Source of the DNA: Kiritimatiellia bacterium | Lineage (GTDB): Bacteria > Verrucomicrobiota > Kiritimatiellia > JAAZAB01 | NCBI GenBank assembly: GCA_040767085.1 | Contig: JAXGPF010000006.1 | Location: 160,001-224,000 of the forward strand | Length of the DNA stretch: 64,000 nt | Direction: 5' to 3' | Part shown: positions 37,980 to 48,145 of the stretch, piece after piece | Position numbering within the stretch: position 1 is the first letter of the stretch | How the letters are laid out: the number at the start of each line of letters is the position of its first letter | Made by a program: the position numbers and the translations under genes | Notes under the pieces: model-generated | What the model saw: the letters and a program-made list of their open reading frames with translations, nothing else | What the model was told of the DNA's origin: nothing | Database searches by the model: none

Positions 37980-38519
37980 TCAGTCCTTGCCTTGAGCGTC
38001 CCGGCGGAGATAATCAATCACATCCTTGAATTTCATCAAGTTCGCCGGATCGGCATCGATGAGCGTGTCGTGCGCCTCCAGCATGTCCCGCGCCGCCGCC
38101 TGCCGGTCCTGTACGGCATGCAGCAGCGGGCAATACTCCGTCGTACGGCGCAGCAATTCGCGCAGTTCATCCGGCGTCGCGCCGGCCAAGTAACATTGCA
38201 GGATGCGGTCCACCCCCAGTGTCTGGAGGATATCCCGGTTCTTCTCTCCGAGATTCAGCACAAACACCCCGGCGCCGCCGCGCTGCTTCAGGCGCGCCGC
38301 CAGGCCGGTCATCACGCCGATGAAAGTGCTGTCCATCGTTTCGCAATTCTCCATGTCCAGCGCCAGCCGGCGGCAGCCATGCTGCATAGCGCTGACGCCA
38401 AATTGCTTCAAGTCCGCGGCAACGGCAAAAGTCGCCCGGCCGAAAATCCGGATGATCGCCGTCTCGGCGGCCAGGGCGGCGTCCATCCGCGCCGCATTGC
38501 TTTTTTGCAGATCGCTCAT
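37980..38519 (-). CDS. STAS-domain anti-sigma factor antagonist
   Basis: LDMENCETMDSTFIG with the phosphorylatable Ser; C-terminal LEAHxxL; adjacent to the PP2C gene. Confidence 0.88.
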   Translation of the reverse strand: MSDLQKSNAARMDAALAAETAIIRIFGRATFAVAADLKQFGVSAMQHGCRRLALDMENCETMDSTFIGVMTGLAARLKQRGGAGVFVLNLGEKNRDILQTLGVDRILQCYLAGATPDELRELLRRTTEYCPLLHAVQDRQAAARDMLEAHDTLIDADPANLMKFKDVIDYLRRDAQGKD

Positions 38520-38556
38520 AAATTCAAAGCGGCCGGCGCCCGGACACTGCCGGCTA

Positions 38557-39288
38557 TTATTCCACGCTCCCGGTCTCTCCCGCGCCGCTCCGCGCCTCCG
38601 CTGAGTCCGCCGGCGCAACCACCAAAACGATTTCGCCTTTCAGGCGCCGCCCCGCAAAACGCTCCGCCAACTGCGCCAGCAACTCCCCCGCCGTTCCCCA
38701 CTGGCACTCTTCGTTCAGCTTGGTCAATTCGCGCGCCACGCACATCGGCCGCGCCGGCAGCAACTCCCGGAGTTCCTCCAGCAGCGCCGCCAACCGGTAG
38801 GGCGACTCGAACAATACCACCGGCAAATCCATCGCCAGCAATGCCTCCAGGCGCCGGCGCCGCGCGCCCGGCTTGCGCGGCAAAAATCCTTCCATGGCAT
38901 ACCCGCCGCCCCCGTACCCGCTCAGGGCCAGCGCCGCCGTCACGGCAGAGGGGCCGGGAATCACCGTCAAATAAACGCCCGCCCCCCGGCAAACGCGCGC
39001 CAGGCGCGCGCCGGGATCGGAAACGCCCGGCATACCGGCATTGGTCACCAGAGCGCAAATCCGCCCGGCCCGCGCCTGGCCGATGACAAAATGCGCGCGC
39101 GAATTTTCGTTAAACCGGTGGCAACTGACCAGGCGGCCGCGAATCTGGTAGTGGGTCAGCAAATGCCGCGTGTGCCGGGTATCCTCCGCCAGGATATAAT
39201 CCGCCCCGCGCAGCGTTTCCAGCGCCCGCATGCTGATATCCTGCAGGTTGCCGATCGGCGTGCCGACAATATACAAACCCGGCTGCAT
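38557..39288 (-). CDS. rsmI: 16S rRNA C1402 2'-O-methyltransferase
   Basis: LYIVGTPIGNLQDIS, AEDTR, GMPGVSDPG, FESPYR and ARELTK motifs. Confidence 0.97.
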   Translation of the reverse strand: MQPGLYIVGTPIGNLQDISMRALETLRGADYILAEDTRHTRHLLTHYQIRGRLVSCHRFNENSRAHFVIGQARAGRICALVTNAGMPGVSDPGARLARVCRGAGVYLTVIPGPSAVTAALALSGYGGGGYAMEGFLPRKPGARRRRLEALLAMDLPVVLFESPYRLAALLEELRELLPARPMCVARELTKLNEECQWGTAGELLAQLAERFAGRRLKGEIVLVVAPADSAEARSGAGETGSVE

Positions 39289-39492
39289 CGCCGGCCCCCC
39301 CTTGATTCGCCGCCGCGCGCCCCATGCGCCGCCGCGCCGTCATGCAAAGCAAAGGCTATATATACCTTTTGCGCCGGGGTTTGACAATATGTTTTTTGAC
39401 ACCGCAGCCGCAGCCACAAGCCGCCCGCAGCGCCTGAAGCTCAATACACGCAAAAGGCGTGTCCGGCCGGCGGGAAGTTGTGAATCAAGCCG

Positions 39493-41094
39493 CTACAAAT
39501 CCTCGATGCTGCGGATCAATTGGTTGACGACTTCCTGATCGGTTTTGGGGTTGAAAAACACGGCTTTCCAGGCCGGCACGCTGATGCCCCGCGGATAATA
39601 GCCCATGGCGGTGGTGAAACTCAGGCGCGCGTCAATCTCCGGATTCAACGCCGCTTTGCGTTTGTCAAACAGCCGGCGCGTTTCCTGGAAGTAGCGCTGG
39701 CAGGTTTCCGCCGACAATTCGCCCTTGACCATTTTAGCGTAAATACTCCTGGCATCGCGCCCCTTGGGCAATACCCACCAGTTGACATGCGGCCCCAAAC
39801 ATCCCGTATTCAAGACCTTGCAGTAATCCAAAGCCTCGATCTGCCGTTTCAAGCTGCCGGCCAGCGTCAGCGCGTGCGCCACCAGCATCTGGTAGCCAAT
39901 CAACCCAATTCCGTCCAAGCTGGCCATGACGGAATAAGGGCCCAGCGCCGGGCGCGAGCATTCCAGCGTGAAGAGCGCCGGGTCGTGCCGGTAATCCGCT
40001 TCGGAAAAATACGGGACCTGCTCCTTTTGCCGCAACAACAGTTTCAAGTCATCGCGGTTGCGCACGATAAACGCGCTGGCGGGGTAATGCCCCCATCCCA
40101 TTTTATGAAAATCAATCGTCGCCGAGTCGGCATATTGCATCCCCAGCGCCTGCTTTTGAATGCAACGCACATTCGCCAGAACATCGTCCGCCAAGCCAAA
40201 ATTGTTGGCGGCACAGTCATATTCATTCAGGAAACACAGCGACCAGCCCGCCGCACCATCCACATGCAACTGCGGCACGGGCTTGCCGGCAGTCTTGGCC
40301 TTGTCCTCGATGATTTGCCGGATGCCGGCAATGTCGTCAATCCCCGAGGCATCGGTGCTGCCGAAGGTGGCGATCACAAACGCCACCAGGGCGTCGCCAG
40401 CATAGAGTTCATCCAGTTTCCGCGCCAGACAATCCAAATCCATGCCGCAGGCATCATGGGTGGGAATGCTGACCAGGTTTTCCGTCCCCATGCCCAGCCA
40501 GCCTGCCAGGGTTTCGTTGGAATAATGCGCGGCCTGGGAGACAATCCCAACCAGCCGCCTGCCGCGCAAACCCAGACGGATGGTGTCAGGCAGAACTTTC
40601 TCGATGCCGATCTTGCCGCCGTAAAGATTGGAGATGGTGCCGCCTATGGTAAAGATGCCCCAAGGATTGCTGATATGATAAAACACCAGGTTGGCCAAGG
40701 TGGTGATGGCTTTCACCTCCAACTCATTGGAACGCTGACTGTAGGTGTCCACGCACAGATTGGGATTCTTGAGCAGACAGGCCATGGCGCCGATCAGCGA
40801 AGCGTAATTGGCCGGCCCTTTCACGTTTTCCAGGTGCAGCCTGGAATACCAGCCGTCGGTGCCCCAGAAATAAGGAAAGACCGAGTCGCGGGCATCCTTC
40901 AAATTGCCAGGCAGGGTGTGAATTTCCGGGTTGTTTTGCGCAGTTTCATAGTTGCGCGACATGATATCCGGCACGGCTATTTTTTCTTCAGCCTCCATGG
41001 TGTTGAGATATTCGCCCAGGATGCCCAGCACTTCCGCCTTGTTGCAGGTGAAAAAATTATTAATAATTGAATCCAAATTGTATTGCGCGTGCAT
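39493..41094 (-). CDS. Group II PLP-dependent decarboxylase
   Basis: GGTISNLYG, AHYS, HVDGAAG, DFHK (PLP lysine) and TLECSR motifs; AAGGAG RBS. Substrate unknown. Confidence 0.9.
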   Translation of the reverse strand: MHAQYNLDSIINNFFTCNKAEVLGILGEYLNTMEAEEKIAVPDIMSRNYETAQNNPEIHTLPGNLKDARDSVFPYFWGTDGWYSRLHLENVKGPANYASLIGAMACLLKNPNLCVDTYSQRSNELEVKAITTLANLVFYHISNPWGIFTIGGTISNLYGGKIGIEKVLPDTIRLGLRGRRLVGIVSQAAHYSNETLAGWLGMGTENLVSIPTHDACGMDLDCLARKLDELYAGDALVAFVIATFGSTDASGIDDIAGIRQIIEDKAKTAGKPVPQLHVDGAAGWSLCFLNEYDCAANNFGLADDVLANVRCIQKQALGMQYADSATIDFHKMGWGHYPASAFIVRNRDDLKLLLRQKEQVPYFSEADYRHDPALFTLECSRPALGPYSVMASLDGIGLIGYQMLVAHALTLAGSLKRQIEALDYCKVLNTGCLGPHVNWWVLPKGRDARSIYAKMVKGELSAETCQRYFQETRRLFDKRKAALNPEIDARLSFTTAMGYYPRGISVPAWKAVFFNPKTDQEVVNQLIRSIEDL

Positions 41095-41136
41095 GCTGCA
41101 TCTCCTTTTTAACGCCATCATATTGCCGACCGACCA

Positions 41137-42084
41137 TCAACCCAGCGCCGCCCGCGCCGCCTGCCGGCCGGCGGCGATGATTGCATCCGCCCGATGAAAA
41201 TCCATGAAGCTGACATCCCCCAGCCGCGGCTGGATCAGCAGATCCGGCGGATCGCTTTTCATCCGCGCCTCGGTGATTTGCGCCTCCATGATCCGGATGG
41301 AATCGCCCAGGACATCGAAAATACCCGGCGTAGCCGACGCCTTGAGCCAGCGGCGCACCGTCCGGCCCAGGGGATTGTCCGCCGCCGCCAGCCGCACCCG
41401 GGCCTGCCGGAGAAATTCACCCGCGCGTTCCCTGGTTGCCCGCGATAAGACCGCCGCGGGCGGCGGGGTGTCCGGCAGCGGCGGATGCGCCGCCGGCCCG
41501 GGCTCTCCCGGGAAATGGCTCACATCCACCGCCACGACATAATCCGCTCCCATCGCCCGCGCCACGCTCACCGGCACGGGATTGACCAGCCCGCCGTCCA
41601 CCAGGATCATGCCGCCCGTCTGCACGGGTGTAAACATACCCGGAATGGCGATGCTGGCACGCACGGCCGCCACCACCTCCCCCGACGTAAAAACATGTTC
41701 AAGCCCGGTCAGAATGTCCGTCGCCACGGCCCGAAATGGCACGGCCAGGTTTTCAATGCGTTCAAACTGGACTTGCGACCGGACAAATTCTTCGATCTTG
41801 CTCCCATCTATCAGGCCGGAACGCGGAAAAGTGATGTCCAGAAAATAATAGATCATCTGCCGCCAATCCAGCCGGCGCGCCATTTCCCTCAACTCCGGCA
41901 ACCGGCCGGCGGCAAAGACGGCGCCGACCAGCGCCCCGATGCTCGTGCCGGCCACCAGGCCGATTTCCAGGCCCGCCGCCTGTAACTCTTCGATCACGCC
42001 AATATGCGCCCAACCGCGCGCCGCGCCGCTGCCCAACGCCAGGGCCACCCGGCGCGGCCGGCGTTTCCGCCAGAATTTATGCAT
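41137..42084 (-). CDS. Patatin-like phospholipase (RssA/NTE family)
   Basis: LALGSGAARGWAHIG, GTSIG nucleophile elbow and DGG motif. Confidence 0.93.
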   Translation of the reverse strand: MHKFWRKRRPRRVALALGSGAARGWAHIGVIEELQAAGLEIGLVAGTSIGALVGAVFAAGRLPELREMARRLDWRQMIYYFLDITFPRSGLIDGSKIEEFVRSQVQFERIENLAVPFRAVATDILTGLEHVFTSGEVVAAVRASIAIPGMFTPVQTGGMILVDGGLVNPVPVSVARAMGADYVVAVDVSHFPGEPGPAAHPPLPDTPPPAAVLSRATRERAGEFLRQARVRLAAADNPLGRTVRRWLKASATPGIFDVLGDSIRIMEAQITEARMKSDPPDLLIQPRLGDVSFMDFHRADAIIAAGRQAARAALG

Positions 42085-42292
42085 GCGTCCCTCCCGGTGC
42101 TGCCGGTTTCGACATCCAAGACACATTCAAAGCCATATAAAATCAGAACTTCTCACTGATCGCAACAACCGAATGTCGGCAAGTTTCAAACACAGCCAAC
42201 AGAAGGTTCACCTCAGGTTCTCCCTCCAGGGACGTTCCCGCCATATTTTTAGAGGGTGATCCGTAAAATTCGCACATTCGCCCATCGCTCCG

Positions 42293-42361
42293 GGGACAAT
42301 TAAACCCGTTCATTGACAATTCATCCCTTATGTCATATATTGTCCCTGCTTGTCCTTGTCA
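42293..42361 (+). promoter_or_regulatory. Sigma70 promoter of the Ehr operon with overlapping GACA/TGTC operator-like repeats
   Basis: TTGACA (42313)-17 bp-TATATT (42336). Inverted pairs GGGACAAT/ATTGTCCC and TGACA-N12-TGTCA. Confidence 0.65.
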
Positions 42362-42374
42362 GGATATAAACAAT

Positions 42375-43091
42375 ATGGAACTGAATGTCAAGGAGGCCTC
42401 CAAATTAATGGGGGTTTCCGAAAAAACCATATATCGGTGGGTCAGGCGCAACAAACTGCCTGCATTCAAGATCAACGATCAGTACCGTTTCAACCGGGTG
42501 GAAATGTTGGAATGGGCTACCGCGCAACGGATCAATGTTGCCGCCGATATGTTCTGCAACGCCAGTGAAGAGCAAGCCGTCGTATCGGGCCTGGAAGAAT
42601 CCCTGCGGGCTGGCGGCATCCATTACCGGGTGTGCGGGCAGGACAAGGCGGCGGCGTTGCAATCTATCGTGGAAATCATGCCGCTGCCCCAGGAGGTGGA
42701 CAAGGCATTTCTGCTGCGAGTGCTGATCGCCCGCGAATCCCTGGGTTCGACCAGCATCGGCGACGGCATCGCGATTCCCCATGTGCGCAACCCGATAGTT
42801 TTACATGTCCCTCGTCCAATAGTGGCCCTTTGTTTCATGGAACGACCAATTGAATTCGGGGCGCTGGACGGCCGGCCGGTGCATACGCTGTTTGCCATCG
42901 TCAGCCCCACGGTCAAGGCCCATTTGAACCTGCTGGCGCGGCTGGCCTTTGCGCTGCGTCAGCCCGCTTTCAACAACCATATCCTGCAACAGGGATCGCG
43001 CGATGAAATTTTCGCCGCAGCCCGCGGTGTCGACCAGATGTTACAGCACCGCGATCCGGCTGGCGCCGCGGCGGGAGATGGCGTTCCATGA
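42375..43091 (+). CDS. Excisionase-type HTH + PTS EIIA (Ntr/Fru-type) domain regulator
   Basis: LNVKEASKLMGVSEKTIYRW...YRF HTH; RESLGSTSIGDGIAIPH with the phospho-accepting His. Confidence 0.92.
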   Translation: MELNVKEASKLMGVSEKTIYRWVRRNKLPAFKINDQYRFNRVEMLEWATAQRINVAADMFCNASEEQAVVSGLEESLRAGGIHYRVCGQDKAAALQSIVEIMPLPQEVDKAFLLRVLIARESLGSTSIGDGIAIPHVRNPIVLHVPRPIVALCFMERPIEFGALDGRPVHTLFAIVSPTVKAHLNLLARLAFALRQPAFNNHILQQGSRDEIFAAARGVDQMLQHRDPAGAAAGDGVP

Positions 43092-45094
43092 CCTTGTTTA
43101 TGCTTGCATTGGCGGTCTTGTTTGCAGGGGGCATCCTCTGTCTGGCAGCCAGCGGGCGCCCGCGGCTGGCGCGCTGCCTGGGTCCAAGCGTCACGGCGAT
43201 TGGCTGTCTTTGCGGCCTGGGCCCGGCGCTGGCGGCGCTGGCGGGCGGCGCGCTGGCTCCGTGGCGCCTGCCCTGGACCATTCCCGGCGGCTCGTTTTTC
43301 GTGAGCCTGGACGCTCTTTCCGCCGTGTTCGCGCTGCCGATCATTGTCTTGTGTCCATTGGCGGCCATTTACGGGGCGGCTTACCTGCAGCCTTTCGCCG
43401 CCCATAAGGATTTGGCGCCATCCTGGTGCTGTTTTAACCTGCTCGCCGGGAGCATGCTGCTGGTAGTGGCGGCGCGTAATGCCATCCTGTTTCTCCTCGC
43501 CTGGGAGATCATGTCGCTGGCTTCGTTTTTCCTGGTGGTCTTCGAAAACGAGCATGCCAGCGTCAGGCGCGCCGGCTGGACTTACCTGGTGGCCACGCAC
43601 CTGGGCACCGCCCTGCTGTTGCCGATGTTCGTCCTGCTCGGCCGCCAGGGGCAGACCCTGGACTTTGACGGCTTCGCGGCCGCGGCGCCGGGATGCGCCG
43701 CCGCTGTTTTCCTGCTGGCGCTGGCGGGCTTCGGGACCAAGGCGGGGTTCATTCCCGTGCATGTCTGGCTGCCGGAAGCGCATCCCGCGGCGCCTTCGCA
43801 TGTTTCCGCCGTGATGAGCGGAGTCATGATCAAGACCGGCATTTACGGGCTGCTGCGCACGCTGACGTTTCTCGGCCCGCCCCCGCCCTGGTGGGGCTGG
43901 ACCATGATCGGAGTTGGTTGCCTGTCCGGCATCCTGGGCGTGCTGCTGGCGTTGGCCCAGCATGACTTGAAACGCCTGCTGGCCTATCACAGCGTGGAGA
44001 ACATCGGCATTATCGCCCTGGGCATCGGCGGCGGACTGCTCGGAATGAGCTATGCCAGCCCGGGCCTGGCCTTTTTGGGATTCGCGGGCGGATTACTCCA
44101 CGTGATCAACCACGCCTTGTTCAAGGGGCTTTTGTTTTTCAGCGCCGGATCGGTCCTGCACGCCGCCGGCATCCGCGAAATTGACCGGCTGGGCGGACTG
44201 CTCAAAACCATGCCGGTCACGGGCGGGATGTTTTTCATCGGCGCGGCGGCCATTTGCGGCCTGCCGCCCTTGAATGGTTTTGTGAGCGAACTCATGATTT
44301 ATCTCGGCGCGCTGAACGCCCTGGCGCAAGCTGCGCCCCTGCCGGCCTTGTATGTCGCCGGCGCAGTGATGCTCGGCGCGCTGGCGCTGATCGGCGGCTT
44401 GGCGGCCGCCTGTTTCACCAAGGCTTTCGGCGTGGTTTTTCTGGGCGAGCCGCGCTGCCCGGATGCGCTCAAGGCGCACGAGTCCGGCGCGTCCATGCGT
44501 ATTCCCATGGCCACCCTGGCGGCGCTTTGCGTCCTGCTCGGCCTCGCCGCGCCCTGGTTGCCGGCGGTTTTGCGGCCGGCGGCCTCCATTCTGGCCGGCG
44601 GCGCCGCCAGCCCGGCCCGGGTCGCCAGCCCAGCTTGGGTCGCCAGCCCAGCTTGGGCCGCGGCCGCCTTGTCCGCCATTCCCTGCCTGGCCCTGGCCGC
44701 AGCCCTGCTGGCCGGCATCTTGTTTTGGGCGCGCCGCCGGCTGCGGCAGCGCCGGCCGGACGCGCAGTCCGTCACCTGGGATTGCGGTTATGCCGCGCCG
44801 ACGCCCCGCATGCAATATACCGCCTCGTCTTTCGCCGAACCGATTACGCGGATTTTCAAGCCCTTGCTGCGCACCCGTTATCACGAGCAAACGCCCGAGG
44901 GGCTCTTCCCGGATGCGGCTTCCTGGGCCACGCATACGCCGGACTTCTTTCACGAACGGGTATTCGGCTGGTTTTTCAAACTGGCGGAACGCCTCCTGGC
45001 GCGCGGCCGCCTGCTGCAGCATGGCCGGCTTAATCTTTACATCTTGTACATCGTCCTGGCCTTGTTGGCCTTGCTTTTATGGAAGTTGTTTTGA
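43088..45094 (+). CDS. hyfB: HyfB-like antiporter-type membrane subunit (Ehr complex)
   Basis: WEIMS, KAGxxPxHVWLPEAHPAAPSHVSA, KRLLAYHSVENIG and TWDCGY...MQYT motifs. Confidence 0.9.
   Translation: MTLFMLALAVLFAGGILCLAASGRPRLARCLGPSVTAIGCLCGLGPALAALAGGALAPWRLPWTIPGGSFFVSLDALSAVFALPIIVLCPLAAIYGAAYLQPFAAHKDLAPSWCCFNLLAGSMLLVVAARNAILFLLAWEIMSLASFFLVVFENEHASVRRAGWTYLVATHLGTALLLPMFVLLGRQGQTLDFDGFAAAAPGCAAAVFLLALAGFGTKAGFIPVHVWLPEAHPAAPSHVSAVMSGVMIKTGIYGLLRTLTFLGPPPPWWGWTMIGVGCLSGILGVLLALAQHDLKRLLAYHSVENIGIIALGIGGGLLGMSYASPGLAFLGFAGGLLHVINHALFKGLLFFSAGSVLHAAGIREIDRLGGLLKTMPVTGGMFFIGAAAICGLPPLNGFVSELMIYLGALNALAQAAPLPALYVAGAVMLGALALIGGLAAACFTKAFGVVFLGEPRCPDALKAHESGASMRIPMATLAALCVLLGLAAPWLPAVLRPAASILAGGAASPARVASPAWVASPAWAAAALSAIPCLALAAALLAGILFWARRRLRQRRPDAQSVTWDCGYAAPTPRMQYTASSFAEPITRIFKPLLRTRYHEQTPEGLFPDAASWATHTPDFFHERVFGWFFKLAERLLARGRLLQHGRLNLYILYIVLALLALLLWKLF
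44606..44659 (+). repeat. In-frame 18-bp tandem repeat x3
   Basis: GCCAGCCC(G/A)GC(C/T)(C/T)GGG(T/C)C, encoding ASPARV-ASPAWV-ASPAWA. Confidence 0.9.
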
Positions 45095-45095
45095 A

Positions 45096-46019
45096 ATGCA
45101 TGTGTTTCCCGCACATCTAGGCCTCATGCTCGCCGGCTTGATCCTGGCGCCCCTATTGCCGGGCATCATCAACCGCACCAAGGCGCTGTGCGCCGGACGA
45201 CGCGGCCCGCCCCTGTTGCAGTTGTATTACGACCTTTTTAAATTGCTTCGCAAAAACGCGGTTTACAGCCGCACCACCACCTGGGTATTCCGGGCCAATC
45301 CCCCGGTCAGCCTGGCGGCGTCCATCGTTGTCCTGGCCTTGTTGCCGGCGGCGCGGCTGGAGGCGCCGGTATCGTTTGCGGGCGATTTCATCCTGCTGGC
45401 TTACGCGCTGGGCCTGGCGCGCTTTCTGACCATCCTGGCCGCGCTGGACACCGGCTCCAGTTTCGAGGGCATGGGGGCCAGCCGCGAGGCCCAATTCTCC
45501 GCCCTGGCGGAGCCGGCCCTGATTGTCGGACTGGGTGCGCTGGCCTGCGCCACCGGCCGGATTTCCCTGTCCGCCATTTTCGGAACGCTGAACGCCGCGC
45601 CGGCCGCCGGATTACCGGCGCTGGTCCTGCTGGCGGCAGCATGGCTGATTGTTTTCCTGGCCGAGAACTCGCGCATCCCGGTGGATGATCCCAACACCCA
45701 CCTGGAACTGACCATGATTCATGAAGTCATGATCCTGGATTATGCCGGGCCGGACCTGGCCATGATCTTGTACGCGGCCGCGCTGAAAATCTGGCTGCTG
45801 GGCGCGCTGATCGTTAACCTGGCGTTGGGCTTTACCGACTGGCGCGGCGGCGCGCTGGCGGCGGGGTTTGCCGCCGGTATGGCGCTCCTGGCGGTGTTGG
45901 TGGGGCTGATCGAATCGTCCATGGCCCGCTTGAACCTGGTGAAAGTGCCCCGCCTGCTGGGCGGCGCGCTGGTGCTGGCGGTGCTGGCACTGGCCTTGAT
46001 TGCGAGGGCGGCCTTGTGA
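45096..46019 (+). CDS. hyfC: HyfC/HycD (NuoH-like) membrane subunit
   Basis: GRRGPPLLQLYYDLFKL, SFEGMGASRE and RIPVDDPNTHLELTMIHE motifs. True start is ATG 45096; the track ORF is over-extended. Confidence 0.92.
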   Translation: MHVFPAHLGLMLAGLILAPLLPGIINRTKALCAGRRGPPLLQLYYDLFKLLRKNAVYSRTTTWVFRANPPVSLAASIVVLALLPAARLEAPVSFAGDFILLAYALGLARFLTILAALDTGSSFEGMGASREAQFSALAEPALIVGLGALACATGRISLSAIFGTLNAAPAAGLPALVLLAAAWLIVFLAENSRIPVDDPNTHLELTMIHEVMILDYAGPDLAMILYAAALKIWLLGALIVNLALGFTDWRGGALAAGFAAGMALLAVLVGLIESSMARLNLVKVPRLLGGALVLAVLALALIARAAL

Positions 46020-46660
46020 AAGCTCTGACCGATATTCTGCTGGTCCTGTTGATTTTATCCAGTTTCGCCCTGCTGAATTCCAGCCGGCTGGGCGCCAGCA
46101 TACGCCTGGCAGCCTGGCAGGGCATTTTGGCCGGACTGCTGCCGGCGGTCATGAGCGGGCATGCAGTATCGCTCCGCATCCTGGCCACGGGGGCAGTGAT
46201 GATTGCCATGAAAGGCCTGATCTTCCCCCGCCTGCTGTTCCGCGCGCTGCGCGCTTCCGAAACCCGCCGGGAACAACAACCGCTGCTGGGATACACGGCT
46301 TCCCTGATTTTCGGCGTCCTGGCGCTGCTGGGCGCCTTCTGGCTGGATGCGCGCCTGGACCTGGCCGGCCATGCCGCCTTCCGCTTGGCTGCTCCAACGG
46401 CCATGGCGATGATGCTGACCGGCCTGTTTTTGATCGTAACGCGCCGGATTGCCCTCAGCCAGGTGATCGGCTTCCTGGCGCTGGAAAACGGGATTTACGT
46501 CTTCGGTCTGACAGCGGTGGGCGATGTTCCAGTCTTGATCGAATTGGGAGTATTGATGGACATTTTTGTGGCGGTATTCGTCATGGGCATCGCCATTTGC
46601 CATATCAACCGCGAGTTCGACCACATGGATTCCGACCGGTTGACGTCTTTAAAAGGTTAA
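46016..46660 (+). CDS. hyfE: HyfE-like membrane subunit
   Basis: QVIGFLALENG...ELGVLMD motif; position in the operon. Confidence 0.9.
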   Translation: MKALTDILLVLLILSSFALLNSSRLGASIRLAAWQGILAGLLPAVMSGHAVSLRILATGAVMIAMKGLIFPRLLFRALRASETRREQQPLLGYTASLIFGVLALLGAFWLDARLDLAGHAAFRLAAPTAMAMMLTGLFLIVTRRIALSQVIGFLALENGIYVFGLTAVGDVPVLIELGVLMDIFVAVFVMGIAICHINREFDHMDSDRLTSLKG

Positions 46661-46663
46661 ACC

Positions 46664-48145
46664 ATGCCAGGTGAATGGTTATTGCCGGGATTGATGCTGC
46701 TGCCGGTGTTGCTGGCCGGCGCCTGCCTTGTACTGCGTTCGCCGCGGGCCGTGGCCCTCGCATGCGCCGCCGGCACGCCGGCCGCGGCCCTGCCGGCCGC
46801 CGCGGCCGCCTTGTTGGCGCTGCGCCAGGGTCCGCTCTCCAGCGGCGCCGGCTGGTTCCGCCTCGATGCCCTCTCGTCTCTGCACATGCTGGTGATGGCC
46901 GGAGTGTTTACCGTGGCCGGCCTTTGCGGATTCGCCTATTTCCGGGCTGAAATCGCCGGCGGCCATTTCACGCTGAAACTGGCCCGGCGTTACGGCAGCC
47001 TCTGGTTCGGATCGTTTGCGGCCATGCTGCTGGTCTTGATTTCCAATAATCTCGGGCTGCTGTGGGTCGGCATTGAAGCTTCCACACTGTTGACGGCGTT
47101 CCTGATTTGCATCCACGCCGCGCCGGCCGCCCTGGAGGCGATGTGGAAATACCTGCTGATGTGTTCCGTCGGCGTGGCCCTGGCCTTCACAGGCACCCTG
47201 CTGATTGCCGCTTCCGCGGAGCCAGCCGGCCTGCAGGGCGCGGAAGTAATGCTCTGGACTAACCTGCGCGGCGCGGCCGCACAGCTCAATCCGGCCCTGA
47301 TCAAAGCCGGCTTCATTTTTCTGGCGGTCGGCTACGGCGTCAAAGCCGGCCTGGCGCCGATGCACAACTGGCTGCCGGACGCCCATAGCCAGGCGCCGGG
47401 GCCGGTATCGGCGGTCTTTTCCGGTTTCCTGTTGAATGCCGCCCTTTACGGCATCCTGCGCTGCCTGCCGCTGGTGGAGGCGGCCACCGGCAACACCGGC
47501 TGGGGCGGCGGCATTCTGGCCCTGTTCGGCCTGCTCTCCATCGCCGTCGCGGCGGCGTTAATCGTCTCCCAGCAGGATATCAAGCGGCTGCTGGCTTATT
47601 CCAGCGTCGAACATATCGGCATCATGGCCCTGGGTTTCGGGCTGGGCGGGGCGGGCGCCATCGCCGCCTTGTTCCACATGTGCTGCCACTCGCTGGCCAA
47701 AACCCTGGCCTTCTGCTGCGCCGGGCGCCTGGGCCAGATTTACGGCACGCACGACATGCAGCGCATGGCGCGGCTGACAGCCGCCGCTCCCTGGCTGGGC
47801 GCCGGCCTCCTGGCGGCGCTGCTGGCATTGATCGGCGCGGCGCCGCTGGCGCTGTTTATCAGCGAATTCCTGATCATGAAGGCTGCCGTGGACCAGGGCC
47901 GCCTGGCGGCGGCGGCCATCCTGCTGGCAGGCTTGGCGGTCGTGTTTATCGCGTTGCTGCGGCGCATGATCGCCATGGCCTGGGATGCCCGGCCGGACTT
48001 GCCGCCGCGGCAGCGCGCGCATTGGGCGGAAATCCTGATGGTCGCCGCCAGCCTGGCGGTCTTACTGGCGCTGGGCATGTATTGGCCGCCGCCCCTGGCG
48101 CGCCTGCTGGCCGGCGCCGCCGCTGTTCTGGAAGGAGCGCCATGA
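46664..48145 (+). CDS. hyfF: HyfF-like antiporter-type membrane subunit
   Basis: LEAMWKY, KAGLAPMHNWLPDAHSQAP and KRLLAYSSVEH motifs. Confidence 0.9.
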   Translation: MPGEWLLPGLMLLPVLLAGACLVLRSPRAVALACAAGTPAAALPAAAAALLALRQGPLSSGAGWFRLDALSSLHMLVMAGVFTVAGLCGFAYFRAEIAGGHFTLKLARRYGSLWFGSFAAMLLVLISNNLGLLWVGIEASTLLTAFLICIHAAPAALEAMWKYLLMCSVGVALAFTGTLLIAASAEPAGLQGAEVMLWTNLRGAAAQLNPALIKAGFIFLAVGYGVKAGLAPMHNWLPDAHSQAPGPVSAVFSGFLLNAALYGILRCLPLVEAATGNTGWGGGILALFGLLSIAVAAALIVSQQDIKRLLAYSSVEHIGIMALGFGLGGAGAIAALFHMCCHSLAKTLAFCCAGRLGQIYGTHDMQRMARLTAAAPWLGAGLLAALLALIGAAPLALFISEFLIMKAAVDQGRLAAAAILLAGLAVVFIALLRRMIAMAWDARPDLPPRQRAHWAEILMVAASLAVLLALGMYWPPPLARLLAGAAAVLEGAP

